A stretch of 64,000 nt of DNA from Clostridium sp. (lineage in GTDB: Bacteria > Bacteroidota > Bacteroidia > Bacteroidales > Bacteroidaceae), in the NCBI GenBank assembly GCA_023663705.1, contig JAMPGY010000005.1, positions 1 through 64,000 on the forward strand, in the 5' to 3' direction. The notes under the pieces are model-generated. The model worked only from the letters and a program-made list of their open reading frames with translations, made no database searches and had not been told where the DNA came from. Shown piece after piece: positions 20,278 through 29,688 of the stretch. The translations under genes and the position numbers were made by a program. Position 1 is the stretch's first letter. The number at the start of each line of letters is the position of its first letter.

Positions 20278-21588
20278 TTAAAATGCCACTTGTTTCACCT
20301 CAACTACTCCAGTACCCGACTTACACAACACCAGATAGGCAGCTCCCGCATGCCGTCCGGGTGCCGCCACCGTATAATCCTTGATGCCACCATACGTGTT
20401 GACCGCATACTCATGCGTATGCCCGGAGAAATGAACCGGATTTTTCGTTTGTGCCATCAAGGCCGCCAAGGCATCTTTCTTCTCCGCTGCTGTTTTATAG
20501 CGACTGTTCTCGAAATCTTCCGGCAGGATAGTAGCACCATTCTCGTTGGTGTCTATCCACCAACGGTCGCAATCGGATCCGCCCGCCACAAAAGGATAAT
20601 GTTGCATCCACACCGAAGGCTCTTCGGCATACTCACTCACATAAGCCTGCAACGCGTCAATCACCCCGTCGGGCGTATAGTAAGTGGCGCTGGAAAGAAG
20701 CATGCTTCCCAATGCAAGGAAATATCCGCTATAGGGCTTCTGAAACCAATAGGTCTGTCCGCAATAGAATCTGACACCCTTATAAGAGAACGAGAACGGC
20801 CTGGCCTGGTTATGGTCGGTTCCATCCGTAATAGTATCCACGGTGAAACCGCCTATTTCCGCAGCTTTCCGCCATTGTTCCTCCACCACAGCCAAGGCCG
20901 TGGCATTGCATTTCACACCCCCGCTTCCGGTGGTGAGTCCGTAGTCACCTCCGCCCCAATAATCAGGCACCCAATCGTGATTGCCCAGCAGTGTGATAAA
21001 AGGGATACCGGCCTCGTTGAGCTCGTTAAACGCAGTCTTGAAGTTCTGCACCTCACTCTCGCTGGCGCTATCTTTATCCATATCTCCTAAGCAGAGTACG
21101 AGGTCGGCCGTAGGAATATACGATGGAATCGCTGAAAAACGGAACTGTAGCCCATCGTCATGCCCCATGTCTATCATCCGGCCCACGTAGTTCTGCATCG
21201 CGGTCACCGTGGTGGCATCATGGCCTGTATGCTCGATGTGAGGGTCGCTCATAACGATAGCCGTAAAGTACTCGCCGGCCGTAAACACGAAAGAATAAGC
21301 CCTTCCGTCGTAGACAAAGGTTTCTATCTCCCCGTCCGTCACAAAGGTCGTTAATGGATTGGGGCGGACAGATTCAGGATCCACAACCTCACCATCTACC
21401 GCAACTTCCATTCCATACGAAACCAACCGGTTGAGGTCTGCATCCACCGGAAGCATCAACATTGTGCTCCCATCGGCCAAAGTTCTTGATTTGACGTCCG
21501 AAAGACCGCTGAATCTGATTTCCATCTGTGCATTCATCCGCATGACGACCATCAGACAAAGCAACCATAAACAAATGTGTTTTCTCAT
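20278..21588 (-). CDS. Secreted calcineurin-like metallophosphoesterase
   Basis: 436 aa; signal peptide; metallophosphatase motifs (SDPH, GDMDKD, GNHD, GHTH). Confidence 0.75.
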   Translation of the reverse strand: MRKHICLWLLCLMVVMRMNAQMEIRFSGLSDVKSRTLADGSTMLMLPVDADLNRLVSYGMEVAVDGEVVDPESVRPNPLTTFVTDGEIETFVYDGRAYSFVFTAGEYFTAIVMSDPHIEHTGHDATTVTAMQNYVGRMIDMGHDDGLQFRFSAIPSYIPTADLVLCLGDMDKDSASESEVQNFKTAFNELNEAGIPFITLLGNHDWVPDYWGGGDYGLTTGSGGVKCNATALAVVEEQWRKAAEIGGFTVDTITDGTDHNQARPFSFSYKGVRFYCGQTYWFQKPYSGYFLALGSMLLSSATYYTPDGVIDALQAYVSEYAEEPSVWMQHYPFVAGGSDCDRWWIDTNENGATILPEDFENSRYKTAAEKKDALAALMAQTKNPVHFSGHTHEYAVNTYGGIKDYTVAAPGRHAGAAYLVLCKSGTGVVEVKQVAF

Positions 21589-21689
21589 GTCTTATCTATT
21601 TTATTAAGTGTGTGATAGTTTCTTGAAGGCAAAGGTACTAAAAAGAGTTGAATCAGGAAGCCATACATAACTGGCAAAAAGGGAAATAA

Positions 21690-21724
21690 CGAAGGCAGAA
21701 AGAGATAACTCCACTTTCTGCCTT
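21690..21724 (-). terminator. Terminator hairpin GAAGGCAGAAAG ... CTTTCTGCCTTC
   Basis: 12-bp stem downstream of minus-strand gene ending at 21769. Confidence 0.5.
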
Positions 21725-21768
21725 CCTATCTATATCCCTAATATCTTTTATATAAAGGATACCATCTA

Positions 21769-22227
21769 CTATTGAGCTGAGATAGCTTGGTTCTTTACTT
21801 CGAAATAGTATTCATCGTTATTGAATTTCACACGAGCCTGACTAAGTGATGTTATACTCGATGGTACATTTTTTATTGTTGCCGTCACCGATACCGGAAT
21901 ATTGGGTTCAAGCGTCAGGGTGTTGCCATAAGACATCTGCTGACCAGATGAGAATACAGGCGCATATGTATTGCCATCCTCATCATAAAAACGACTTCCC
22001 CCGTTTAATGAAATTGAATAGGCTCTCTCCGTGGTGTTTTTCAATGTCATTTTCAACTCCACATCGTTTCCCGATCGCTTACACGACTTGAACGTAAAAA
22101 ACATAGTGGGCAATGTACATACCGCATTATCCACATTTGTATTTTTAGCAGACTCAGACACCGGAACATTACTCAGGCTATAAGTAAAATTCTGCTGGCC
22201 TTCTTTCGGATAAATACGTCCACCCAC
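21769..22227 (-). CDS. Hypothetical beta-sandwich-like protein lacking an in-frame ATG (GTG start or truncated gene)
   Basis: 152-aa ORF begins 5 codons after an in-frame TAA; only GTG available; no signal peptide; in an AT-rich pocket; candidate -7 box CAAAGGTA at about 22282-22289. Confidence 0.4.
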   Translation of the reverse strand: MGGRIYPKEGQQNFTYSLSNVPVSESAKNTNVDNAVCTLPTMFFTFKSCKRSGNDVELKMTLKNTTERAYSISLNGGSRFYDEDGNTYAPVFSSGQQMSYGNTLTLEPNIPVSVTATIKNVPSSITSLSQARVKFNNDEYYFEVKNQAISAQ

Positions 22228-22423
22228 CTGAACTTGTCTGAATTAGTTAATGCGAGCCGGAACATCACAAAGCAGAAAATATAAACAAAGGTATTAATTA
22301 TTATATTAACGCAAGGGTATAAGTTAAACATAGTTAACACTGCATCTGATTAGACGAACCACATTGCATAAAATAACAGGAAAGAAATAGGATATAGGCA
22401 ACGAGTATTCTCTATTCAATATA

Positions 22424-23212
22424 TCATTTACAGGGCAAAGAAGAAACGTTGAGTTTCCGGAATACAAATACAAACAGACACAAAGAAATCAAAGAGGCGG
22501 CTATTGCCATCCCCCGGCCTCCCATAATCTCTGTAAGAGACGACTGAGAACTGCCGGATAATGCTGTGAGCACACCCACCGCATTGTTTATGACATGAGC
22601 CATCCAAGCCGGCCATATGCTGCGGCCACGCAAATAAATGAAGCCAAGCATCAAGCCTAAGAGAAAAGCCACTATCCCCTGTGCCCAATTGCCATGAACC
22701 ACACCAAACAACAATGCCGAAACTACAACAGCCGCATTCCCACGGCAGCCACTGCGCCTCAAAGCTCCGATGACACCTGCACGAAACACAACCTCCTCGG
22801 CCAAGGGCGCAAGCAATACGATGTTAAGCACGCCCCAGGGAGTGTGCATCCACGCTATGAACTGTTTTTCAAAAGCATTGTCTATCTCCAATACTTCAAC
22901 AAGCAGATTGACCGGAAGAATTGCCGTAATCATCCAGCCTGCCGCCAACAAGTAGCCACGACAGGACCAATCCCCACGACCAAAATCCGCTTTACCTATC
23001 CAAGACAGAAAATAAAAGCAGAATACGGTTATCACCGAGGAAGCCGCCATCCAGAAAGCCGTCCGCGATGAGGGAAGCTCGAAAAAAGGTACACCGCCCG
23101 AAAGCTGCGAAGCAAGCAATGTACACCCCAATTGTATGGCCAGAAACACCACTACCATTTCCACCCCCAACGTCCAACGGGAATGCCTGGGGAATAATCC
23201 ACGTATATCCAT
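22424..23212 (-). CDS. CPBP family intramembrane metalloprotease (CAAX protease/Abi-like)
   Basis: 262 aa polytopic membrane protein with EEVVFR and FGVVHGNW motifs diagnostic of CPBP family. Confidence 0.8.
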   Translation of the reverse strand: MDIRGLFPRHSRWTLGVEMVVVFLAIQLGCTLLASQLSGGVPFFELPSSRTAFWMAASSVITVFCFYFLSWIGKADFGRGDWSCRGYLLAAGWMITAILPVNLLVEVLEIDNAFEKQFIAWMHTPWGVLNIVLLAPLAEEVVFRAGVIGALRRSGCRGNAAVVVSALLFGVVHGNWAQGIVAFLLGLMLGFIYLRGRSIWPAWMAHVINNAVGVLTALSGSSQSSLTEIMGGRGMAIAASLISLCLFVFVFRKLNVSSLPCK

Positions 23213-23249
23213 TACAGCAAATATCAGTTACCCTATCATTAAAAAGAGA

Positions 23250-24188
23250 CTACGCAAAATCACCCAACAGAACGCGGGCCTTAGCCTCGTCCTGAACCAG
23301 CTGTGCCTGCAAAGCCTGAAGACCATCGAAACGACATTCCTCGCGCAAACGTCCAATAAAATCCACACGCAGGTCGTGACCGTATAAATCTCCGGTAAAA
23401 TCGAAGATATTTGCCTCTATCGTTGCCTCCGCCCCATTGTCAAGTGTGGGACGGATGCCTATATTCAGCATGCCGTTCATCACATCGTCAGAGCCATCCA
23501 CCCGCAGGCGGACGGCATAAGCGCCACGTGCCGGAATCATTTTGTCCGTCTCCGCCACCCGAATATTGGCTGTAGGATAGCCCAGCTTCCGCCCCACACG
23601 GAATCCCCGCACCACCTTCCCCGTAAGGGAATAAGGGCGGGTAAGGCAACGGGCTGCCGCCGCCACATCACCCGTCTTTATCAGGGAACGGACAAACGAA
23701 GAACTGACCGTGGCTCCCCCCTCCGACAATGCTTCCGCACGCACCACCTCAATCCCCGACTCGTGCCCCATAGCCACATAATCCTCGTAGGAGGAAACAC
23801 GGTCATGGCCGAAACGGTGGTCGTAGCCAACCACCAGCATCCTGACATTTAATTGCTCACGTAGAACATCTGTCATAAACTCCCGAGCCGACAGTTCGGA
23901 TAATTCGCGGGTGAACGGAAGCACAAGCAGACAATCGGCTCCGGTAGCGGACAACAAGGCACACTTCTCGTCCAATGTGGTGAGCAAAGAAGGACGGGAA
24001 GACGGCTGTAAAACCCCTCGGGGATGCCTGTCGAATGTCACCAGCAAGGAAGACAGATCACGTTCACGTCCACATTGCATTACCTGCCGGATTAAACTGC
24101 GATGCCCTGCATGGACTCCATCAAAAAAACCGATGGTGGCCACAGAGGGCTGACATTCTACGGCAGGAGGATAGTTCAGTTTTATCAT
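23250..24188 (-). CDS. ribF: Bifunctional riboflavin kinase / FMN adenylyltransferase
   Basis: 312 aa; N-terminal FAD-synthetase GFFDGVHAGH motif and C-terminal riboflavin kinase domain. Confidence 0.9.
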   Translation of the reverse strand: MIKLNYPPAVECQPSVATIGFFDGVHAGHRSLIRQVMQCGRERDLSSLLVTFDRHPRGVLQPSSRPSLLTTLDEKCALLSATGADCLLVLPFTRELSELSAREFMTDVLREQLNVRMLVVGYDHRFGHDRVSSYEDYVAMGHESGIEVVRAEALSEGGATVSSSFVRSLIKTGDVAAAARCLTRPYSLTGKVVRGFRVGRKLGYPTANIRVAETDKMIPARGAYAVRLRVDGSDDVMNGMLNIGIRPTLDNGAEATIEANIFDFTGDLYGHDLRVDFIGRLREECRFDGLQALQAQLVQDEAKARVLLGDFA

Positions 24189-24191
24189 GCG

Positions 24192-24839
24192 CTAACCAAT
24201 AAATAAAGGTAACCAATCGTCTGCCTCCTCAGGCACAAACGTATGCAGCCCCAGATTCCGGGCGGCTTTGCAATTCTCCTCCGAATCGTCGATATACAAG
24301 GTTTCATCGGGCGAAATACCTGCCAGACGCATCATCTCGGTAAAGATAAACGGCGAGGGTTTGGCCAGGTGCATCCGCTGGGAAAGAAACACTTTCTCGA
24401 ACAAGAAATCGGCACTTTCCTCACCTTGTCCAAAAAGAGAACCGACCGAATAGTCCCAATGGATGTCATTGGTATTACTCAACATAAACAATCGGTAATG
24501 CTCACGCAGACGCTTCAATGCCTCAATACGGCGACGAGGTATGCCCACCAGCATCCGGTTCCAGGCCTGACATATATTTTCATCAGTCAGAGCCTCTCTC
24601 ACACGCTCGTCTCCAGCCAAGTCCACAGTCGACCTCCGGAGTTCCTCACAGAACGCCGGCACATCCGTCTCGCCCAATTCCAGACGTTGAAAGGGACCTG
24701 ACTGTGCATAACGACCGACATAGGTTTCAGCATCTACTCCCAACTGTCTGAAAGCCTCCACCACACGCGTCTTATCCAAATCGACAATGACACCTCCAAA
24801 ATCAAATACGATATTTTTAATGGATTTCTTCATCACCAT
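24192..24839 (-). CDS. HAD-superfamily hydrolase (subfamily IA)
   Basis: VFDFGGVIVD motif I, DDS/DD motif IV; start may be Met3 at 24833 (ATGA-type overlap with upstream stop). Confidence 0.75.
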   Translation of the reverse strand: MVMKKSIKNIVFDFGGVIVDLDKTRVVEAFRQLGVDAETYVGRYAQSGPFQRLELGETDVPAFCEELRRSTVDLAGDERVREALTDENICQAWNRMLVGIPRRRIEALKRLREHYRLFMLSNTNDIHWDYSVGSLFGQGEESADFLFEKVFLSQRMHLAKPSPFIFTEMMRLAGISPDETLYIDDSEENCKAARNLGLHTFVPEEADDWLPLFIG

Positions 24840-27460
24840 TTCCTTCGTTTTCTTCTACGAACAAACCAGCGTTGCGCTTCGCCCACCCACAGTACAGAGG
24901 ATGTAATAAGCGTAATAATCCCCCATTCCATCGCAGATAACGGCTCCGTACGGAAAGCCATACCTCCCAAATGCACAATAAGCCACTGCCCCAATGCAAT
25001 CAGTAGCACTACGATCCACAATCCCCGACATCCGCGCAAATCGTGAAAAGCCGAATACGACGTAGCAAACGCCTTGGCATTAAATAAATTCCAGAACTGC
25101 AACATTACGAAAACAGTAAAAAATACCGTGAGTTCGTGCACTGCGATCCGACCGTCACGACCGTAGTAAGCCAGCAGCATCAACAACACCGTCACAAACA
25201 GCCCTCCATAAAAAAAGACCGTGCGCCAAATAGGCGGCGTGATGATAAATCGGGATAGAGTACGGGGACGATCACGCATCACCATCGGATCAGCCGGCAA
25301 AGAAGCTAATGCCAATGCCGCAAACGTGTCCATGATAATGTTTACCCATAGAATCTGAGTAACCGTAAGCGGAAGATCCGACCCGATAAATGCACCGACC
25401 AATACGGTGAGCAAAGCCGTAAAATTGACTGTAAGCTGGAACAAGATGAATCGCTGTATGTTGCGGTACAAGGAACGTCCCCACATGATAGCCGTCACAA
25501 TGCTTCGGAAAGAGTCGTCCAAGAGAGTAATATCACTGGCTTCACGGGCTGCGGATGTTCCGGAACCCATCGATACTCCCACCTGTGCATAGTTCAAGGC
25601 CGGTGCATCGTTTGTGCCGTCGCCCGTCACAGCCACCACCTCGCCCTGCTGCTGCAAGAGTTTCACCAGCCTCTGCTTGTCCAACGGACGGGCACGGCTC
25701 ATTATCTTCATAAGACGGATACGCTGCAAAGCCTCCTCATCACTGAGTGAGGCAAAGTCTACACCCCGAATGCAATGTATCTCCTCACAATCTCCGTCCG
25801 TCCACAAGCCCGCCTGACGGGCCACTTCTATCGCCGTCGCCGTACTGTCTCCTGTCACCATCTTGACAGCAACACCAGCATCCAGACACTCGTTCAAAGC
25901 CGCAGGCACTTCCCCACGCACAGGATCAGATATAGCCGTCATCCCCAACAGAGTGAATTCGCAATCCCGGAATCCCCCTTCACAATCTCCGCCCCCCGGC
26001 ATACGGCAATATGCAACGGCAAGCGTACGGAATGCCCGGCCTTGCCATTGAGCCAACGTACCCGTCAATTCCGCACGGGTATCTCCATCAAGAACACAGC
26101 GGTTCAGAATCAATTCGGGAGCCCCTTTGACATACATAACATCCTCATCCAATACTTTGGAATGCACTGCCGTAGCCATATACTTGCGATCGGATGAAAA
26201 GGGCAGACGACACTTCACAGGCATTTCCCTACGCAATAATTCATAGTCAATCCCTTGTTTCTGCAACCAAAGCAGCAAAGCCACCTCCGTGGGATTGCCC
26301 AGTCCGGACGAATGACAGCCATCAAGAAACGCCGTCGTGTTGCAAGCCAAAGCCTCAGCCATTACATCCATCCTCATATCCGTCATATATGTTTCCGACA
26401 CCGTCATGCTATTCTGCGTCAACGTCCCCGTTTTATCCGTACAAATCACCGTCACCGCACCCATCGTTTCTCCGGCATGCATCTTGCGGACCAAATTGTT
26501 AGTCCTGAGCATACGACGCATATTGAGTGCCAGGCTCAAGGTGATAGCCATCGGCAACCCTTCGGGCACAGCCATTACAATCAAAGATACCGCCATCATA
26601 AAGTTGCCCAGCAGCATTTTGGCTACATTCATATAAGCCTGTGCATCCCACACCGGACTGCCACTCTGAAGATCTATCCACTCACGAATGCTAAACACAA
26701 GAAATGCCAGCACAGCCACCGTGTATCCCACTTTATTTATCAAAGAAGCCAACCGATCGAGCTGTTGATTCAGAGGTGTTTTACTTCCGGTGATCACCGT
26801 GGCCTCATGCGTCACCTTTCCTATCTCCGTCGCGTCGCCCACAGCGGTCACACGAGCACGGGCATCCCCTTCCATCAACATTGTCCCTCGTAGAATCCTG
26901 TTGGTGGAATAAGTGGCCTCATCATCAAATTCCTCCGGATTGACCGACTTCTTCACCGTGGGCTCGCCCGTCAGACAAGACTCATTTATCCGCAGGCTGT
27001 CGGCCTGCAGCAACGTGGCATCTGCCGGAACTTCATCACCAGCCTCCAACAACAGGATATCCCCCACCACAACTTCGCTACAAGGTATCTCCACCGCACC
27101 GCCATCACGCCACACACGCACTGCCGTGTCACTTTCCATCGCATTGAGACAATCAAACTTACGAATGGCATCATACTCGAAATAAAAACCTATGCCGGTA
27201 GCCAGCAACACGGCACACACAATACCCACCGTCTCCGCGAAATCCTTCTCGATAAAGGAAATGACAAATGACAAAAGAGCGGCAATAAGTAGTATACGAA
27301 TCACCGGATCCTGAAATTTCTCCAAATACAAGCGCCACAACGGTGGACGCCGGGGAGGCGTAAGTTTATTGGCACCATGTAGCGCCCTGCTCTCCTCCAC
27401 CTGTCGCCGCGTCAGTCCTTCCATCAGATCCTGATCGCTTGTCATCTCCATGTCCTGCAC
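24833..27460 (-). CDS. Calcium-translocating P-type ATPase (PMCA/SERCA-like)
   Basis: 875 aa; phosphorylation motif ICTDKTGTLTQN, TGES, GDGTNDAPAL hinge, 10 TM architecture. Confidence 0.88.
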   Translation of the reverse strand: MQDMEMTSDQDLMEGLTRRQVEESRALHGANKLTPPRRPPLWRLYLEKFQDPVIRILLIAALLSFVISFIEKDFAETVGIVCAVLLATGIGFYFEYDAIRKFDCLNAMESDTAVRVWRDGGAVEIPCSEVVVGDILLLEAGDEVPADATLLQADSLRINESCLTGEPTVKKSVNPEEFDDEATYSTNRILRGTMLMEGDARARVTAVGDATEIGKVTHEATVITGSKTPLNQQLDRLASLINKVGYTVAVLAFLVFSIREWIDLQSGSPVWDAQAYMNVAKMLLGNFMMAVSLIVMAVPEGLPMAITLSLALNMRRMLRTNNLVRKMHAGETMGAVTVICTDKTGTLTQNSMTVSETYMTDMRMDVMAEALACNTTAFLDGCHSSGLGNPTEVALLLWLQKQGIDYELLRREMPVKCRLPFSSDRKYMATAVHSKVLDEDVMYVKGAPELILNRCVLDGDTRAELTGTLAQWQGRAFRTLAVAYCRMPGGGDCEGGFRDCEFTLLGMTAISDPVRGEVPAALNECLDAGVAVKMVTGDSTATAIEVARQAGLWTDGDCEEIHCIRGVDFASLSDEEALQRIRLMKIMSRARPLDKQRLVKLLQQQGEVVAVTGDGTNDAPALNYAQVGVSMGSGTSAAREASDITLLDDSFRSIVTAIMWGRSLYRNIQRFILFQLTVNFTALLTVLVGAFIGSDLPLTVTQILWVNIIMDTFAALALASLPADPMVMRDRPRTLSRFIITPPIWRTVFFYGGLFVTVLLMLLAYYGRDGRIAVHELTVFFTVFVMLQFWNLFNAKAFATSYSAFHDLRGCRGLWIVVLLIALGQWLIVHLGGMAFRTEPLSAMEWGIITLITSSVLWVGEAQRWFVRRRKRRKW

Positions 27461-27549
27461 ACTCTATATATTAGGTGTACAAAATTAGATATAACTGTAA
27501 AACAGACCAAATTTCATAACTATTATTTGCATATTCCAAAAGAATCATC

Positions 27550-27557
27550 TAATTTTG
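27550..27557 (+). promoter_or_regulatory. -7 promoter box TAATTTTG upstream of tRNA-Met
   Basis: TAnnTTTG consensus about 40 nt upstream of tRNA 5' end. Confidence 0.4.
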
Positions 27558-27595
27558 CATCCGAATGAAACGGGCATCCCTGCCGTTCTCTTTTT

Positions 27596-27669
27596 GGACT
27601 TGTAGCTCAGTTGGTTAGAGCAACAGACTCATAATCTGGAGGTCCTAGGTTCAAGCCCTAGCTGGTCCA
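27596..27669 (+). tRNA. tRNA-Met (anticodon CAT), elongator-type; tRNA-Ile2(lysidine) cannot be excluded
   Basis: Manual fold: acceptor GGACTTG/CTGGTCC (one mismatch), D arm GCTC-AGTTGGTTA-GAGC, anticodon loop CTCATAA, T arm CTAGG-TTCAAGC-CCTAG, discriminator A; no encoded CCA. Confidence 0.85.
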
Positions 27670-27961
27670 CTTTTAAAATTAAGCACTTACGAGAAATCGC
27701 AGGTGCTTTTTTCTTTGCTTGCGTAAACAATGCGTAAACATTTTCTTCTTCTGTGGTCATAATCTCCAAGATTATGCTTTGGAGCGTGGCCATTTCATCG
27801 TCTATCGGTTCACTGTAGTTATCGCACAACGGATTCTTTAAGACTGATTGGATTTTGCCCTTAAAGTCTGAATAGATTTCCCGATTTGCCTCAAGCCATT
27901 CCTGCATTTCCGATTGACTGGGATAGTCTCCATGGTGAAGTTCCTTCATATCATCGTCCAT
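27629..27961 (-). CDS. Small acidic hypothetical protein translationally coupled downstream of the DUF4143 ATPase; last about 13 codons run into the tRNA-Met 3' half
   Basis: 110-aa ORF from track; begins 20 nt after ATPase stop; C-terminal ...KVDQLGLEPRTSRL is encoded by the antisense of the tRNA, so true C-terminus/function uncertain. Confidence 0.4.
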   Translation of the reverse strand: MDDDMKELHHGDYPSQSEMQEWLEANREIYSDFKGKIQSVLKNPLCDNYSEPIDDEMATLQSIILEIMTTEEENVYALFTQAKKKAPAISRKCLILKVDQLGLEPRTSRL

Positions 27962-27981
27962 ATAAATAATGTGGTGATTGG

Positions 27982-29274
27982 TTAATCCTTAAGACACGCC
28001 AACGGAATGACCTTCACTCCATCAAGACGAGTGTAAGCCATGCTTCCACCAGTCATAACAATAAGCAAATCGGGTTCCCGAAGAGGTACTTGTTTTTCAG
28101 TTTTATTGTGCTCCTGTATGAGCCTTTTGAGTTCGAGTAAGTGTTTAGCTCCTTCATCAATTTCGCTACTACCAAGTTTGCACTCAATGAGAGCATAACG
28201 TCCATCTTCCAGATGCAGCACTATATCCGCTTCCAAATCGTATCGGTCATGGTAGTAAGATACATGACTGTTTAAATCAATGGTGTACGCCTTTAGGTCA
28301 CGAATACACATCTGCTCAAAGATAAATCCAAACGTCCTAAGCTGCATACTTAATGCCTCTGGAGATAATCCCAAAAGGGCAATCGGTATAGAAGGGTCAC
28401 AGAAGCATCGTTTTACACTGCTTCTGATAGCGGTCTTGCTTCTTATGGCAGGACACCATGCATTTATGTTCTGGATAACAAATAGTTTTTCCAAAGCCGA
28501 AACATAATCATCAAATGTGTCCATGTGGCAACTTACTTCACCAGACGAAATCACATCATCCAAGAGAGATTTTTTCTTAACCAATGTCGAAACATTCCTA
28601 GCGTATGCCCGAAGTATCATGCTGGTCAGTTTGGCATCTCTTTTCTTTCCATCAATGCCGGAAACATCGTCAGAGCAAATGGTTTGAACATAGTTCTTTG
28701 CCACAAGTAATTGAGCTTTTGGAGTACGAGCCAACAAAGAAGCCGGCCATCCACCTCGGGATGCAGCAAAAATTAGGTCTTCAACGGTCATCTTAGACAT
28801 TTTACCGTCAATATCATAATCAGGATTGTTGAAAAGTTCTTTCAATGAAACTTCGCCCGTAGATTCTTGCGACTCCCACAAACTCATAGGCAACATACGC
28901 AATCGGGCAATACGACCAGCTCCAGAATGATGTATTTGAGATTTGTCAACAGCATTGGAACCAGTGAGTATAAATTGTCCGGGGACTTGGCGGTCATCAA
29001 CAGTTGTTCGTACTGCATCCCACAACATTGGAGCATCTTGCCACTCATCAATAAGACGGGGCGTATCTCCTTTTAACAGAATGGATGGCTTGGTTTTAGC
29101 TGTGGCTAAATACTCCTCACGCATACTTGGGTCTTGCATTCTCAAGATGCTATTGGCAAGTTGAGATGCCGTAGTGGTTTTACCGCACCATTTGGGACCT
29201 TCTATCAATACTGCCCCAAATGCATCCAGTAAATCTTGCAGCAGGGCATCGGCAGTTCTTTTATAATAACTCAT
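27982..29274 (-). CDS. AAA+ superfamily ATPase with C-terminal DUF4143 (PD-(D/E)xK-like) domain (COG1373 family)
   Basis: Walker A GPKWCGKTT, Walker B-like DEWQ; C-terminal YYHDRYDLEADIVL...ECK region typical of DUF4143; start set to MSYYKR (29274). Confidence 0.8.
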   Translation of the reverse strand: MSYYKRTADALLQDLLDAFGAVLIEGPKWCGKTTTASQLANSILRMQDPSMREEYLATAKTKPSILLKGDTPRLIDEWQDAPMLWDAVRTTVDDRQVPGQFILTGSNAVDKSQIHHSGAGRIARLRMLPMSLWESQESTGEVSLKELFNNPDYDIDGKMSKMTVEDLIFAASRGGWPASLLARTPKAQLLVAKNYVQTICSDDVSGIDGKKRDAKLTSMILRAYARNVSTLVKKKSLLDDVISSGEVSCHMDTFDDYVSALEKLFVIQNINAWCPAIRSKTAIRSSVKRCFCDPSIPIALLGLSPEALSMQLRTFGFIFEQMCIRDLKAYTIDLNSHVSYYHDRYDLEADIVLHLEDGRYALIECKLGSSEIDEGAKHLLELKRLIQEHNKTEKQVPLREPDLLIVMTGGSMAYTRLDGVKVIPLACLKD

Positions 29275-29335
29275 ATAATATACTCTTTCAATGGTAAAGA
29301 TACACATTTCCTGCGAATTGCATTGCTAATTCGTA

Positions 29336-29444
29336 TTTTTTGTGGTAATTCAATCCATTTTTTTGTGGTATTCTATTCGGTGTTTTTGTGGTGTTTCGTT
29401 CCGCATTTTTGCGGTAATTCATTTGGTATTCTTGTGATAAACAG
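29336..29444. repeat. Five imperfect ~23-bp direct repeats with core TTTTTGTGGTA (iteron-like array) immediately upstream of the ATPase gene
   Basis: Read in sequence: TTTTTGTGGTAATTCAATCCA / TTTTTTGTGGTATTCTATTCGGTG / TTTTTGTGGTGTTTCGTTCCGCA / TTTTTGCGGTAATTCATTTGGTA / TTCTTGTGATAAACAG. Confidence 0.7.
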
Positions 29445-29450
29445 ACCGTA

Positions 29451-29669
29451 TTAGTCAGATAGATTAGCTATCAATTCCATCCGCTCCTCTTCACTCAAAC
29501 CTTTCAGCATCTTGAACATATCAAGAATAGGTGATAGATATAGCTTCGTGGAACCAATGTTTATCTGAGTGACATCAGTCGCCCATTTGCGATTGGGTAC
29601 ATCAGCTGCAAAATCTCGTTCTATGATATTAATACAGAGCGAGCCATCTTTCTTAACTCTAAAAGTAAG
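29451..29669 (-). pseudogene. Truncated IS3-family transposase OrfB fragment (start of DDE/rve domain only)
   Basis: Manual translation gives ...RDFAADVPNRKWATDVTQINIGSTKLYLSPILDMF..., matching the F-A-x-x-PN-x-KW-x-TD-x-T-x-I... signature that opens the IS3 integrase core; about 72 codons then stop; N-terminal about 100 aa and rest of DDE domain missing. Confidence 0.65.
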
Positions 29670-29688
29670 TCAAGAGGATATTCGGACC

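Noticed and set aside
27629-27669. Treating the tRNA-overlapping end of ORF 27629..27961 as proof of a protein-coding gene across the tRNA
   Set aside because: The last 13 codons are simply the antisense of the tRNA-Met T-arm and acceptor. This is retained as a low-confidence CDS but the overlap is more likely incidental read-through to the first stop.
29336-29444. DnaA-box cluster / chromosomal origin
   Set aside because: The core TGTGGTAAT is one indel away from the TTATCCACA consensus. There is no dnaA/dnaN nearby, and the context is a mobile-element remnant, so it is called an iteron-like array only.
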